DNA from: Isurus oxyrinchus
Taxonomy: Eukaryota
NCBI GenBank assembly: GCA_026770705.1
Contig: JANJGN010000026.1
Coordinates: 25,234,001 to 25,298,000, forward strand
Length of the DNA stretch: 64,000 nt
Direction of reading: 5' to 3'
The number at the start of each line of letters is the position of its first letter. The first letter of the stretch is position 1. Position numbers and translations under genes: made by a program. The notes below the pieces were generated by a model. The model was not told the origin of the DNA. It searched no databases and was given only the letters and a program-made list of their open reading frames with translations. This document shows positions 1 to 13,329 of this stretch, one piece after another.

Positions 1-616
1 AGTACCCCATCTTCCGATTAAGCACCTTACAGCCTTCCCGGCCTAACATTGCATTCAACAACATCTGACCATGAATTCCCTCCCCTATTTTCACCCTCTT
101 TTGGCTTATTTATTTTTAATTTTTTTCTACTTATTTTCATTTTTTATTCATTTATTCATTGTTTTATCCCCTTTTATACTCATTTTTCCCTTTTTACATT
201 CCTTTTTCCCCACACCTTCCCCCTCCCCCCACCTTACCCACCACAGGGTCCTCTGTTACCTGTTCATATTGTCCTTTTCAGAGTGCTTACCCTTGTTCTG
301 CTATTATCGCATTCTGTTTTCTTACCTTTATACCACTATCGTTCTGATCATTCTTTAGCCCTTACCACCACCATTAACACTTCCTTTGTATCTTTGTTCA
401 TGGCATATTTGTCAATCTTTCCTTAGCCCCCACCTATGGCTGGCCTTCTATCCAGCTTCACTGTTCCACCCTTCTTAAACGGCATAATTTTCATCACACT
501 TCTACTTCTCTGTAGCTCTGAAGAGTCATACGGACTCAAAATGTTAACTCTGTTTCTCTCTCCACGGATGCTGTCCGACCTGTTGAGATTTTCCAGCATT
601 TAATGGCTTTATTTCA
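1..616 (+). mobile_element. Penelope-like element 3' end (GIY-YIG C-terminal remnant plus terminal repeat)
   Basis: Bases 1-68 read ..IFRLSTLQPSRPNIAFNNI*, resembling the Penelope endonuclease C-terminus. Followed by a pyrimidine-rich tract and the GATGCTGTCCGACCTG..TTTTCCAGCA terminal motif that recurs elsewhere in the window. Confidence 0.65.
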
Positions 617-1339
617 TGAATTATAATCCCTCTGAGGGGTTTCTCGCAAATCACCAAGCAATATTTCCCATCTCATGTGATTAATTTCTAGTTCTAGTCT
701 CAGTATTTCAGTTAGCTTCAGTCAGTCATTATTCTCAACGGTTTTGGCAGATATTTGGGGGTGGGTCTCTAAGTCTCCTCCCAGTAATTGTCAACACAAT
801 TGGATGATGTAAGATTGTAAGAGATTATATCAAAGTGACAAAATAACCTGATGTTGCGATACACAAGGGGATGGTCTCAACTGTCCTCTCTCTGGAAATT
901 CCTCTAAAATGTGTTTTGGCGTTATCACAGGATTAATCTGTTAGATCGCTGTTTCGTTTGAATTAAGGACCAGAGGCAATATATCGCAAAGTATGGATGC
1001 TTCAGTGTAAACACGAACGTTACAGTAAAATTATGTTAATGCACTCAATGAGTCACCACAAATTATATAGGCCAGCACATAGTAAAGTGAATGTGAATAC
1101 GTCCCCCGAATTCGTAGTATTGCAGGTTTCCTCACACCAGCAGATGCACTCACTGACTAACGTTTCTCTCAGTCTGATACTTAATACTGTGACCTTCCAT
1201 ATCTCTGATGAAACCCGCTTCAAATGTGGATTATAGAGAGAAACTTTGCATTACAATTTCCCGCGGAAGCCCTGCTCACAGTCTCCGTTTTCTGCTCCCA
1301 CTCTGACCCGCCTTGCCTGCCCTGTGTTATTGGAGAGAA

Positions 1340-1560
1340 TGCTGCAGTCTCTCCACGACTGTATCAAAAACTGTCTAACGCTGCCTTGAATGAATTAAGT
1401 GACCTTGCTTCCACTGCTCTCTGGAGAGGAGAATTCCATTTAAGAACGGCGGCCTGAGAGAAAATTCTTCTCGTCCCAGCCCTAAAAGTTAGAGCTTTTA
1501 TTCGCAATCTGTATCCCCTCGTTCTAGTCTCCTCCACAAGCGGAAACATCCCTTTTACCG
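1340..1560 (-). mobile_element. CR1-type LINE 3' fragment
   Basis: Minus-strand translation MFPLVEETRTRGYRLRIK...FSQ...WNSPLQRAVEARSLNSFKAALDSF is a typical CR1 ORF2 C-terminus. Confidence 0.75.
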
Positions 1561-1949
1561 CGCTGTTATTCTTAAAATTTCTTACGACCCACTGGCCGCC
1601 TGTCTCGGCTGCAGGTAGTTCTCGTTTAATTGGGGGTCCTGCTCTGATACTCGAACAAAATTAACTTTTCCTTTTCTGTCTTCGCCTTTCAGGTTTCACC
1701 TGTGAATGAGCCAAGATTGGGTTTAATCTTCGTACAGTTGTCTGTTGCGAGTTGAACAAATTCACTTTCCCCCGGCGCCGTTCGCATAAAATGAAGGTCA
1801 AATCACAGGTGAGCTGATGGGCTGCATTGAAAACAAAGGGGTTTTCGGCTGATTGGCTATCACCTGATGACGTTCTCAGCAACGAACAATCAGCAGAGAC
1901 CCGGATGTTACTCAAGCTCCTCCCAATTCTTGAATGAAACAAGATCAAC

Positions 1950-2185
1950 TTCAATCTCTCCTTTGCCTCGGTCTATCACTGACCTTCTACCAGCTTCGCC
2001 TGCTCCACACCCCCTTAAACAGTATAAGTTTCATCACATTTTTACTTCTCTTTAGCTCTGAAGAAGAGGCACACGGACTCGAAAATTCTGTATTTCTCAC
2101 CACAGATGCTGTCAGGCCTGCTGAGTTTTTCCAGCACCTTTTTTTTTTCAGATTTCCAGCATCCGCAGTAGCTTGTCTTTATCAA
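1950..2185 (+). mobile_element. Penelope-like terminal repeat fragment
   Basis: Homologous to 410-616; CTGAAGA..GAAA core at 2058-2084. Confidence 0.65.
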
Positions 2186-2674
2186 CTTCAACCCGTTCTG
2201 GTTAAATCTGCCGCAAGCTCTCTGCAAACATGTCTCCTATTACTCTGTATTTAATCCTTACAGCTGCAGCTCTTTTAACTGGTAGGTTCACAAGTTGCAC
2301 AGATCAGTGTTTGACAACTTTGCCACGCATTACATTTAATCTGGCATTTCGCTCAATACAAGGGGAGTAATAAATTGATCCCAAATGAGAAAGCTCATCC
2401 AGATCAACTTTTTCTCAACACTGAACACTGGGGGAAGTCGGCGAAATTCCCCGCCAGAATGAGGACCAAAGAAATGGACTTAGATTCTGAGCTCCACTGA
2501 TGCCTGTGAGGGATTTTGAGCCTCGCAAGTGTTTTTTTTTAAACCAGTTTGTAGTTTTCCCTTGAAATTACAGGAAATCGAGGCGAGGAACTGATTCTGA
2601 TAGAAGGTGCTGAATATTGATGAATGTGAGTTTTACTTAATCGATCCAAGAACCTTCCAGTTACAACCCTTTAG

Positions 2675-3151
2675 CTGTGGGGAGAGTATTTCTATTTAGC
2701 TGCCCTGATTTATTTCTCAGGTAACTTTTGGGGTTGATGGGCCGTTTCTGGGGGATAGACACAGTGACGTGACATTGTGTAAATTAATATCACCCTGGAC
2801 TCTTACAGGACATTGTGGAGCAGGGTCTGTTTCACAGACACCGGCTGCAGTCATAGTGAGCGAAGGAGGCAGTGTACAGTTGGATTGTAATTATACAGCG
2901 ACAAGCAGCAACCCTGAGATATTCTGGTACCGTCAGCATCCCAGCGGATCCATGGAGTATCTGCAGCGGAGGCATAGGTACAGCGAGAACACAGAGAGGT
3001 TCCTGGGGGACTGTTTTACAACGGATTATGATTATGTGAAGAGCATCGACCCGCTGAATGTTTCTAAAACAGAACTGAGAGACTCTGCGGTGTATCACTG
3101 CGCACTGAGGCCCACAGAGACACCGAACTGGGCTGAACCTGTACAAAAACT
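2675..3151 (+). pseudogene. TCR alpha/delta-type V segment (V1): open V exon, but leader lacks ATG
   Basis: Leader 2675-2720 (CTG-WGEYFYLAALIYFS, in-frame TAG just upstream), GT donor 2721, AG acceptor 2807-2808. V exon 2809-3112 with LDC..FWYRQ..DSAVYHCALR. RSS CACAGAG(3113)-23-ACAAAAACT(3143-3151). Confidence 0.88.
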
Positions 3152-3469
3152 GTCGCTCAACATAGCAATGCCTTAGCAATCATTTTGATCAGTAATGAGT
3201 CTGAAATGATCCCTGAAAATGGTGATATTTCACATTTTTAATTTTAATATTATTTATTTTATCATCCTTTGTGCTTAATAAATACATTACTGAACTATCC
3301 AAAGGGGGGAAGTTTAGCAAATGAAAGTAGAATTCTTCTATAACGTCTTTCATGATGTCCAACGTGTTTCACCGTCACTGTTATCATGAAATGTAGGAAA
3401 CGGAGCAGCCAGTTTGACCCCCGCATGATCTTCCAATCTGTAATAATTAATGGACTGCCTGTTTTTTTT

Positions 3470-4490
3470 TTAAATTCGTTCAAGGGATATGGGCACCGCT
3501 GGCTCGGGAGTATTTGTTGTCCAATCCTTATTGCCCTTGAGATGGTGATGGTGATTCCCCTCCTTGAACCGCTGCAATCCATGTGGTGTGTGTACACTCA
3601 CAGTGTTGTTAGGGAAGCAGTCCCAGGGTTTTGACCCAGAGACAGTGAAGGGACTGCGATATATTTCAAAGTGAGGATGGTGAGCGGCTTGAAGGGAAAT
3701 TTGTAAGTGGTGTTCCCACACATCTGCTGCCCTTGCCCTTCGTGGTCGCAGTGGCCGTGCTTTTGAAAGGAACTGCCTAAGGAGCCTTGGTGAATTCCTG
3801 CAGTGCATCATGTAAATGGTACACACTGTTGATACTTTGTGTCGGTGGTGGAGGGAGTGAATGTTTGTGGATGTGGTGCCAATCAAATGGGCTGCTTTGT
3901 CTTGGATGGTGTCGAGCTTCTTGGGTGTTGTGGGAGCTGCAAGTGGAGAATGTTCCATCCAACTCTTTACTTGTGCCTTGCAGATGGTGGACAGGTTGGG
4001 GGAGGAAGGAGATGAGCTACTCGACAGAGGAATCCTAACCTCTGCCCTGCTCTTCTAGCCCCAGTATTTATTTGCCTAGACCAATTCAGTTTCTGGTCAA
4101 TGGCCACCCCAATATTGTTGATAGTGGGGGACTCAATGGTGGTAATGACATTGAATATCAAGCGGCTATGGTTAGATACCCTCTTGTTGGAGATGGTCAT
4201 TATCTGGTACTTGTGCGGCGTGAATGTTATTTGCCCCTTGTCAGCCCAAGCCTAGGTGTGGTCCAGATCTCGTTGCATATGCACATGGACTGCTTCAGTA
4301 CCTGAGGAGTCTTGAATGCTGCTGAACATAGTGCAATTATCCGCAAAATATCCACACTTCTGACATTATTATGGAAGGAAGGTCATTGATGAAACAATTG
4401 AAGATGTTTTGGCCTCAGACCCTACGCTGAGGAGCTCTGCAGTGATGCCCTAGAACTCAGATAGTTAACCTTCAACAACCACAGTCATTT
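3470..4490 (-). mobile_element. L2/CR1-group LINE 3' fragment
   Basis: Decayed RT C-terminus (MEHSPLA..KKLDTIQDKAAHLIG..SLHHR) plus 3' tail; same family recurs at 13330, 32640, 40800 and 58000. Confidence 0.8.
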
Positions 4491-5464
4491 CAGTGACAGT
4501 GATTGGTGGAGAAATATTGGAGAAATATTGTCCAGGCCAATTCCCCTTCTCTCCTTCAAAATAGTGCTCATGTGATCCATGATGTCCAAGTAGCCGGTGT
4601 TCTCAGTTTAATATCTCAACTGAAAGCTGGCACCTCTGATGGTGCACCATCCCCTGAGGACTAAGCTGAAGTATCAGTATAGATCCTGTGGGTCAGTTCT
4701 GTAGAGAGGGGCAGAATCCTGAAACGTGTTCTTCAGAGGAGATCGGACGAATAACTGAGTCTCGGCTGACAAGTGGTGCTTGCAGAATGGCCTTTGTATT
4801 CTTATGCATGTGCATCATTCTGCAAATGACTACGTGGTAAAAATATACACCCTCAGGTAAATGAGTGCAAATATTTCATAATGGTGATCAGGCTGATGAC
4901 TGACACATGGGGCTGAGTGGCTTCTCGGGGTCTCGATCACCAACCCTCCCTGATCAGGAAGCCAGGGGCTCCTAAGTAAATTCCCGGATTGTTGTTTCCG
5001 ACAGATTACGGGTGTCCCGTTGACGGGACATTATCTGTGAACAGGCTGGAGATAGAATTCACGTAACCCCAGGACGTCATCAACACAATCCAGGAAAAAG
5101 GATTGAAATAAAGAGAAGGAAAAAAGTACCGCTCCACCTGGAAAACGGGGGCCATTAAATTTTACCCCTAGAATCAATTCTCACTCGGAAAGAGTAATCG
5201 CCTTTCACAGACTCAGGATGTCAGTAAGCACTTTCCTACCCAAGGGAGCATGTTTCCAGTGTAGTCGCTGTTGTGGTGTTAGTAATATTATTTACACAGA
5301 TGACAGTGCGAATGTTTAATTCTCTGTCAGGAAAGATTGTTACTCTGACCCTTGTCGTGGATTTGGAAGCCCATGCACTGTCCAAATACTTTGAAGTTGC
5401 GTCCACCAGTAACCAAAACATTTGGGCCCAAAAGGTGGATTGGCCGCTCTAGGTCTCTCCCCCG

Positions 5465-5497
<33 letters not shown>

Positions 5498-5506
5498 CTC
5501 TCTCTC
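5465..5506. repeat. (CT)n/(GT)n microsatellite
   Basis: Direct reading. Confidence 0.9.
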
Positions 5507-6089
5507 ATTGTGATATCCTTTTATTTCGGACTTCGCAGTGACATTGGACCATAGAATACAATGATTTATAGGGGTTAATCTCTAAATCTCTTGTGTAATT
5601 CACCTATACATTATTGCCCTATATACACTATTGTTTACAGTAACGTGTCACGGTGCCAGAATATTTCCTGTAATCACCAGCTGTCAGAGCGATGAACTGA
5701 CGGCTTAGTAAGTTTTCTCCAAAAATAAGGTTATGGAGCGCCATCTAGTGGAAGCTTGTCGGTAAAACAACGGCTTTAACGTGTTCTCAAATATTGCTTC
5801 ATGATATTGCTGCATCATTATTCTGCCACATTATTATGGTGATTATGGCGTTGGTTTTATTAGTATTGCAACTTCTCCCTTTTCATTGTTTTGCTCCTGC
5901 TAAATGTACTAATTAATATTCATTCTTAGATTAGTTGCCTGCTTTCTGACATGCCTCCTTCATTAAAGACATGTTCGTTTGCATAAATAGATTACTTTCT
6001 TGCTCATGAGTTTGTGGTTGTTCATTTCGGAAGAATGTAAGACTTGCATGCACCCTAATCATCAAATAACGATGTCAACCAAATTTCAG

Positions 6090-6430
6090 GACGCCAAATA
6101 TATACGATCATGGGAAATAGGAGCTGCAGTCGGCCTTTCGGCCCTTCAGGCCTGCTCCGCCATTAAAAAAGGTCATGGCTGATCTGACTGTAAACTCCCA
6201 CCTTCGCCCTGTTACGTTTCACTCCATTGTTTATCAAAAGCCGATTTACCTCTGCCTTGAAAACATTCGAAGACTCTGTTTCTCCTGCTCTTTGAGGAAG
6301 AGAGATCCAAAGACTCACTATATTCTGAGAGAAAAAAATCTTCTCATCTCTGTTTTAAATGTTTTATCCTTAAACAGTGACCCTTAGTTCTAGATTCGAC
6401 TACAAGAGGAAAGATCCTTTCCATGTGTCA
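6090..6430 (-). mobile_element. CR1-type LINE 3' fragment
   Basis: Reverse complement resembles the CR1 3' region at 63650-64000 and 1340-1560. Confidence 0.6.
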
Positions 6431-6593
6431 TGTATTTTTTTGTACAGAGTGTTCACCTGTATGTTATATCATTATAAATAATAAAAATATTTTCATTCCA
6501 TTTAATTACACGGATGATCAACTGTTTCTTTGCAGAATCACTCTCGCTTCTAAAGCCCATGTCCTAATTGTCTCCTCAGTGCCCATGTCGAAT

Positions 6594-7032
6594 TAGTTCA
6601 GTACAGCCTTCTCACCTCCTTGCCTCCCCGTGTTTCACCGCATTGTACTGCACCGCAGCATCTGAGAACTGAACCAAGTGAACGGTGAGAGTAGTACAGT
6701 CTTTCTCCCGGTCCACAGGTACTACAACTCTTCCCTCAACTCTTTCATTACTGAATATGGGGACGAGATGGTCGGCAGCTAGATTGGAGAATTGCCGGTA
6801 CAAGAATATAAGTCCATTTACAGCAAAAGTAGAGTTATGGAAGCGAAATGGTTGTCATTGCGTTCCCGATAAACCAATATCTGATTTTCTTCCGAGTGGC
6901 AAGGATTAGCTGTCAAAACAAGAATGAAATTAACATAATGATATATACAAGGGAAAATAAACAGATCAATCCACCCATCCGCCAATCCTACCTGGGCCCA
7001 TCTGAGTTAATGGTTCTGTAAGAAAAGCCCAT
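6594..7032 (-). pseudogene. TCR V pseudogene (V2), decayed
   Basis: Leader remnant 7032-6992 with GT donor; V exon ~6909-6633 reads LYRQFSN..TLTVHLVQFSDAAVQYNAVK (W41 and C104 lost). Degenerate RSS CACGGGG-23-ACTGAACTA. Confidence 0.75.
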
Positions 7033-7159
7033 AATTATCAGCTATAGGGTCTCCACTTCTGAGAGCTTTCATTACCTTGGTTGGCAAATCGATATTCCGG
7101 ATAAACACGCAGCTATTTACCCTAAAATGGCGCATGGAGATAAATATACCTGTTTGAAC

Positions 7160-7500
7160 GGGATGGTGACGGTTGCATTGCCGCTGGACTAGTGATCTGG
7201 AGATCACCAGGTTAATTCTGTGAGTTCGAATCCCGCCACGGTACATGGCGAAATTTAATTTCAATTTGCAGTCTAATGATGACCATGAAACTATTGTCGA
7301 TTGTTGTAAAAACCCACCTGGATCACAAATTCCCTTTAGGGAAGGAAATCTGCCGTCCTTACCCGGTCTGGCCTACATATGACTCCAGGTGTCCACAATG
7401 TGGCTAATTCTTAAATACCCTCTCAACAAAGGCAACTTAGAGATGGGCAGCCAATGCTGGCCTAGCTAGTGACCCCAACATCCCACGAGTAAATAAAAAA
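7160..7500 (+). mobile_element. tRNA-derived SINE with Deu-like domain and L2-type tail
   Basis: B-box GAGTTCGAATCC, GGAAGGAAATCTGCCGTCCTTACCCGGTCTGGCCTA core, AATGCTGGCC..CACATCCC..AATAAAAAA-type tail; several copies in the window. Confidence 0.7.
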
Positions 7501-7661
7501 TATCCCAAAACAGCTTCTCTGTGAATTTGGAGAAGGCTGAAGAGAGCAATAAAACTGTGGTAAATAGACCTGTCTTTTTTGCTTCTCCGGAACCCGGGAT
7601 CAACTGTTCCCGCCGACAAAAGCACAAAAGAAAGCTTACTGGAGCTGTAAATGCTCGCTGA

Positions 7662-8110
7662 TGTTTTTGTACTGGGTTCTAGTTGTGATTTGAAGTTGTG
7701 CTTCACTGCACAGTAACACATCGCCCCGTCCTCCACACGCAGTTCACTTATATTGTGGTAACCGTTCTTTTTAGACTGGTCAGCATTCGCCAGATATCGT
7801 CCTGAAATGTCATCTTTCTTCAGTGCTAAGACATTGGAAATAATCCATTTTGGTGGCCGTGCCGTTTGCTATCGACACCATTGCTTATACACCATATTTC
7901 ACTCTGTTTATTCACAGTCTAACCGCACCGAACCCCCTTCTGACATCGTTATTGCAGCCGTGCCCTGAGCTATTGGACGTGCGCATAGTCCGGTGTGGTA
8001 GGGGAATGAAATATCAAGCGATTGAACAGTGTTAATCAAAATTTGTTTGTAGCTGTGTGAGTTTATGGAATCACCTATCTACCCAGCAGCCCATCATATG
8101 GATATTTCAG
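7662..8110 (-). pseudogene. TCR V pseudogene (V3)
   Basis: V exon ~7990-7701 with EGGSVRLDC, WCR*QTARPPKWII (stop) and EDGAMCYCAVK. RSS CACAACT(7700-7694)-23-ACAAAAACA(7670-7662). Leader end approximate. Confidence 0.8.
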
Positions 8111-8666
8111 ATTGTTAGTTGTTTCAAATATTGTCGCAACCTCTGCACAATAATCTACTGATCTGCCTCTATGAACTTAGACCAGTATTTACTGTTCAAC
8201 AGCGCCACCAGTATTATCAGGAACATTGTGAGTGAGTCACTCTCAGCGAATGCGAATGGTATGAGTCGGAGATTAGAAATGAGAGAGGGAACACAGGCAC
8301 TGTTCAGATCATCGTTCCACCCATACACTGCAGGGGGCCAGGCCCATTGTGACCTCACTGAGGAAACTATCACTATTGGCTTTGGCGTTTCCACCAAATG
8401 ACTTAGTGACGCCCATGCTTGAACTTGGCCCCCTCCGCTGGCAAATTCGGTTCAATGCCTGTTCGGATGCGGCCGTTGAGAGGATTCATGGTTTATGGAA
8501 ATGCACATTCAAGACACAAATGTACCCCGGAAGCCTAAATTGGAGCAGTTTAGACGCAGCCTTTGTTGCTGCTGATGTTTATGTCGGAGCGCAATGTTAA
8601 ACCTGTAGAAATCATCGCTGGAGTTCTCTGTCCAACAATGTAGAAGTAATGTCAAGATTTTGGAGC

Positions 8667-9083
8667 AAGTGTGGGGCTCTTTGGCACAGTAATACACTGC
8701 TGTATCCACGCTCTCCGTCTCCTCAATAACCAATTGGCCCCGTTTGTCCTCAGTGGAAAGTTCCAAATCGAATCGGTCCATCATCCCTTTGCCAGCCGAG
8801 AATCTGCTTATTATACTCCAGCCCCTGACCGGATTTCTGTTTGTACCAGTACTTTCCGTTAAATCGGGACATGTCATAGGTGCAGTTTATCCGCACCGAA
8901 CCCGCGCTCTGGACTGTTTTCGCAGTGGGAAACTGGGACACTTGTTCCGAGCGACATCGACCTGTAAAAACATTCAGACAGCGAAACGTTGAAGCAACAT
9001 GAATATAAATAGACACTCTCTACAGGTTACTGAATATATCCCTTACAAGTTAGTAGCACTAGAATGACGGGGGATAGATTCAT
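8667..9083 (-). pseudogene. V pseudogene (V4) with VH-like FR2/FR3 motifs
   Basis: Leader MNLSPVILVLLT 9083-9047, GT donor; V exon 8961-8674 reads SVRINCTY..YWYKQKSGQGLE, frameshift, then IISRF..VDTAVYYCAKE. Heptamer CACACTT; no recognisable nonamer. Confidence 0.85.
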
Positions 9084-10899
9084 TTGCTCCGCGTAATGCA
9101 TCCTTGCAATTAAAGTATCAGTAAGAAAAAGAAGCAGAGCTCACATCAGCAGAGCATGGAGCGCCTGAAAGACGTCAATACTCGGTTAATGTAACCGCCA
9201 GAGATCATGTTTCAGTCACGTGGTTTTGCTGCTCTTGGATTGGTTGGAAATACCCTGTTCTCGTGATGTAAGGATGTTGTTTTTGACCCCCTGCTCCTTT
9301 CTCCATCGGTTCCCATCGGATCATGTCATTTGTCAAAACGCCAGAAATTCCCTTCACTCCTTGTGGCGGGAAGTGAGCAGAACGTAATAACTTTGCGGCA
9401 CTGATTCTCTAAAGGGACAAACTTGGGCTCCGGGTCTCTGTAAACATTTGAAACTCTGTACAAAGATTGCCTTAAGGAATGAAGGAATCCGGTTGTTAAA
9501 ACCCTATCTTACCAGTTCCCGTGCTGGAGTTGAACATTCAAGCTCCCATAGTTGGAAGAGTTCTGAATCTGGATCGGGACAGAACCAAAGGAGAAACGCA
9601 TTGATTCAAATGAGTGGCCCGTGAGGAAATTTCCGTTCGCAGCAAAGAAGCAAGCTCAATGTTGTGAATTTGCAGTCACATGACGGCCGGACCGGGTATA
9701 AGTGACGGATTTCCATTCCTGAAGCAGGTTAGTGAACCAGGTGTAGTTTTAAAACAATGTGATACTCCCGTGATCTTTGTTTCGCTTTGAACCCAAGTCT
9801 CCAGGTATTGATCCTCTGGATTACTCTCAACAGCAGCATTACCACTATTCTATCGCCTGGTCTTTTGCTCAGTCCGCTACTGAAGGGCACAAGGACTGGA
9901 GTCTGTCCCCTGGGACTGGATTCTTTCAAATAAATTAGCATCTGAACGCTTTGCTATAAGCCAAGGATGTCGGGAGGAAACCTTGCAGACTGTACTTGTA
10001 TTAAATCTGTCTCGCCTCTGTCCAGCAACAGCTTCCGTTGGTCGCTCCCTCTGCTTGTCCCGCCTTGCCCGCTTTGTCGGTGCTCCCTGTTTGTCATGGT
10101 TTGGATGAACAGTCCAGTAAGATGGGTAACTGCATCGCTTCTCCGACCGAGGGCATCCCGGCGTGTTCCAGAGTCACGAATTATCCAGCGCAGTTCTCTA
10201 GCGCTGCTCTTCATTATTATTTCACTTCTCACTACCTTTTGCTGCCGAACAGAAATCCATCCTTCCACCGACTGAAGTAATGTGGATATTAGAGTTTGTA
10301 ATCGGCGGTGGGTCCAACTCATTGTCTATTCACCCTCCTTCCCAACGTGTTTTGAATCTGATTTTCTTTAACACGCCCGCATTTGATCTCCACATTTTGA
10401 GCTTGATTTCGGGATCGGGGTCATAGAGCCGCTGCCTCCAGGAATTAAGGCAGAACAGCGACAAGGATTTTATCTTGCAATTATAGTACTGCTCACGTCA
10501 GTAAGTGTGGTTTCTCTTGGTATCGGCTACAAACTCAAACTCATCCCAAGTTTACAATGTTGAAATTTGCAGGTGGTAATGGAGGGAAACAGATTATGAG
10601 GGGGAAAATGTTTTTCTACAGAACTCAACAGCTTGGAGATATAGTTCACTTCGCCCATCCCGAGTGTGCAGCTGACCGACACAGCAGATTGGCAGTGTTC
10701 ACTGAGACTCTCAGCAACACCCTCCTCACGAAATTGCCCCCCGCCTTGTAAACCAGAAGCTCTGTCAGTTCACGTCAATTACAACAGTGCTTAAGTGTAA
10801 AAACTATGGCAACGGGGTTACTTCGAAAAGCTACCGCCTTCTTAAATTCAATTTCAATTATCAGCCAGTTCTTGTCTTTGAACAGCCACCAATAAAGAC

Positions 10900-11450
10900 T
10901 CAACGCCAGAACTTTCCAACAAGCACCAAGATGTTGCTTGGCTGGTGATGATTAAAGCCCTCCCCGCCAGATCCTTCCAACGCATCAGCAGTCTCACCTC
11001 CTCTGCATGTTGCCCTCGAGGTGGCTGTGATGGGGAAGAGACCATTCGCCTCCTTGTGGAATGTGCCTTTGCAAAGAAGGCCTGAAGAGGGATGCAGTGG
11101 TTTCTGTCCAGGTTCATCCCAAGCAGCTCCATGACGCAGGACTCTGTTTTCTACAGGCTGTTCCCAGGGACACACACTGAGACAAACATCAACTGCAGCT
11201 GGAGGACCATCAACTCAGTGAAAGGCGCTCTTTGGTCTGCCCGAAATGTGTTAGACTTCCAGTGCAAAGAGTTGTTCCTGACCGAGTGATGCAGATTGGC
11301 ACATTCCTAGGTCCAGGACTACGTGCTGAAGGACGCACTAAAACTTAGGGCAGCCACCGCAAAGGCGCAATGGGGAAAGGTCGCTGTCTAAGGCCTTTCA
11401 ACCACAGTGCACCGAAGGGCTGCGAATTGTATAAACCCATCGGACTATAT
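10900..11450 (+). mobile_element. Tx1/L1-clade non-LTR retrotransposon 3' fragment
   Basis: Translation includes PELSNKHQDVAWLV and CPRGGCDGEETI..LLVECAFAKKA (CCHC-type ORF2 C-terminus), and WRTINSVKGALWSARN. Confidence 0.75.
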
Positions 11451-13329
11451 GATTCTTGCACAGAATTGTGCTGTGGTGAGTCAGATCCTTGCTCTAGGAT
11501 CCTGACAGAGCCGGAGTCCGTTCTGCCTCAGCCGAGATCGAAGAGGGCCTCCTGTCTCTGACGAGGCATTCAGTTGGCCATTGGAGCAGAGGCTGACCTT
11601 TCACCCTGTGGCGTTTGCCTTGAAACCCAGGAGTCTGAAGGAGCGAGATCCATCTTCTGAGATGGAGCAGGAACACATCAGATGGGTTCACATTGCCATT
11701 CCTCTCCATTTAAGAGCCCACAAAATGAGAAAGAGCCACATTTGCTTCAGAAGCGAAGGTGGGGGCGGAGAGGATTGAGGGCCGCTCTTGGAGCAGAGGT
11801 GTGGTGGAGATTTTGCGGGTTCCGCAGTGTTAATTACACTCCCATTAATGCCCCTTACAACGGATTCAGGAAGCAATGACAGTATGGATGTGAGATCAGT
11901 ATAAGTGATTGAATTCTCCACATCTTTTCCAAGGTACCGGCGAGTGGGACAGTGGCTATCGTTTCCCCGCAGACGGGTGAATGCCACCCATTGAGTCCGA
12001 GTGAATTCCAGGAGCGAAATGAAATTTGGAAGCACAGATTGGATGATGGATAATTCGAAGGCTGACCAGCGGGTGAAACCGGCTCCAGGAAAGGAGCAGG
12101 GCGATTTCTGGGTTTCGTCTGCCACCTGTTGGAGGAAATCAAAATTTCGCCTCAGCGGCCGAGGGTTACTCTTCAATGCCGCTTCGGCGGCAACTGCCCC
12201 AAATCGGCTGTGTTAGCAATTTAACAGTCGCATGTCGTAGGCGACAAAGTGCAGTGAACAGGTCAGATTTTCAGGAGACCTCCCAGCTGAAAGAATAGAT
12301 ACAGTATCAATAACAGTGCCCTCTCCCATTGGCGGCAGAGTTCAATTCTTGCCGCTACACATTTCAGATAGTATTTTCCACTATTTTAAAGCTTTTATCT
12401 ATTGTATCGATCATTGTCTTCTTCGCACCTTACTAAGGTGATGGTAATAAATGAACTAAGTAACTAAAGCAATCATGTAATTATGTAATTATGCCATTCC
12501 CATTTGTGAGTCTGTCTCCTGTGATCTAGTTTATTTTCGGAAAAATATACTTTATTCATGCAATATCTGAAACAAAGCGTTTCAAAATGGCCATCACAAA
12601 AAGTGCAATCACATTTCGGTTTTCCACATAGATCATGAGGTGCTTCAATACAATCAATGAACATTACATGCATTCGAACCTGGTCTTTCCACATTTCTAC
12701 ATAACAGTTGCACTTTAATACACTTCAATGAAATTGTGACACATGTAGTACTCACTGCATGCAGTTCTCTCTTTGTCGCTGGGTAAAAAACCTGGAACTC
12801 CCTAACTAACAGAACTGTGGCTGAACCTGCACCACATGGACTGCAGCGGCTCAAGAAGATAGCTCACCACCAACTTCTCAAGCGGCAATTAGGCATGGAC
12901 AATAACTGCTGACCCAGCCAACGAATCTCACATTCCATTTGAATAACAAATAATAGTGAATGTCTTAAAGGAGCCTGTAGAAAACCTCCCACCGAGAGTC
13001 CCAGTCAGTGCCCACTAGAGGGCTCCCTCACACCAATGATGAGGAGGGCGAATTCAGTCTCCACAGTGAGTTTCAAGGAGACTGCTGGATTTATCAGAAA
13101 ACAGCGCAAAACTGAGCTGTGCGATGCTGAGGGTTTGTCCCGCTTGATAGATTTTGAAATGCCTTCTCTTGAACACAATCTTCTCCCCTTCATCCATATT
13201 TTCCCGTTTGAATGCAGGTGACAATGAATTCTGGATTTATATTAGTTTATTTCGACTCGCAATATAAATCAAAGTCAAATTTCGTAAAAGCATCTATTTC
13301 TTTTTTTCATCTTTTGCTGTCCTATTTTT

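Noticed and set aside
49-426. Hydrophobic Phe/Leu-rich ORFs (also 24590-25769)
   Set aside because: By-products of pyrimidine-rich or purine-rich tracts.
5250-5430. Possible leader/acceptor/V-start relic
   Set aside because: No Cys, Trp or YxC motifs and no RSS could be found.
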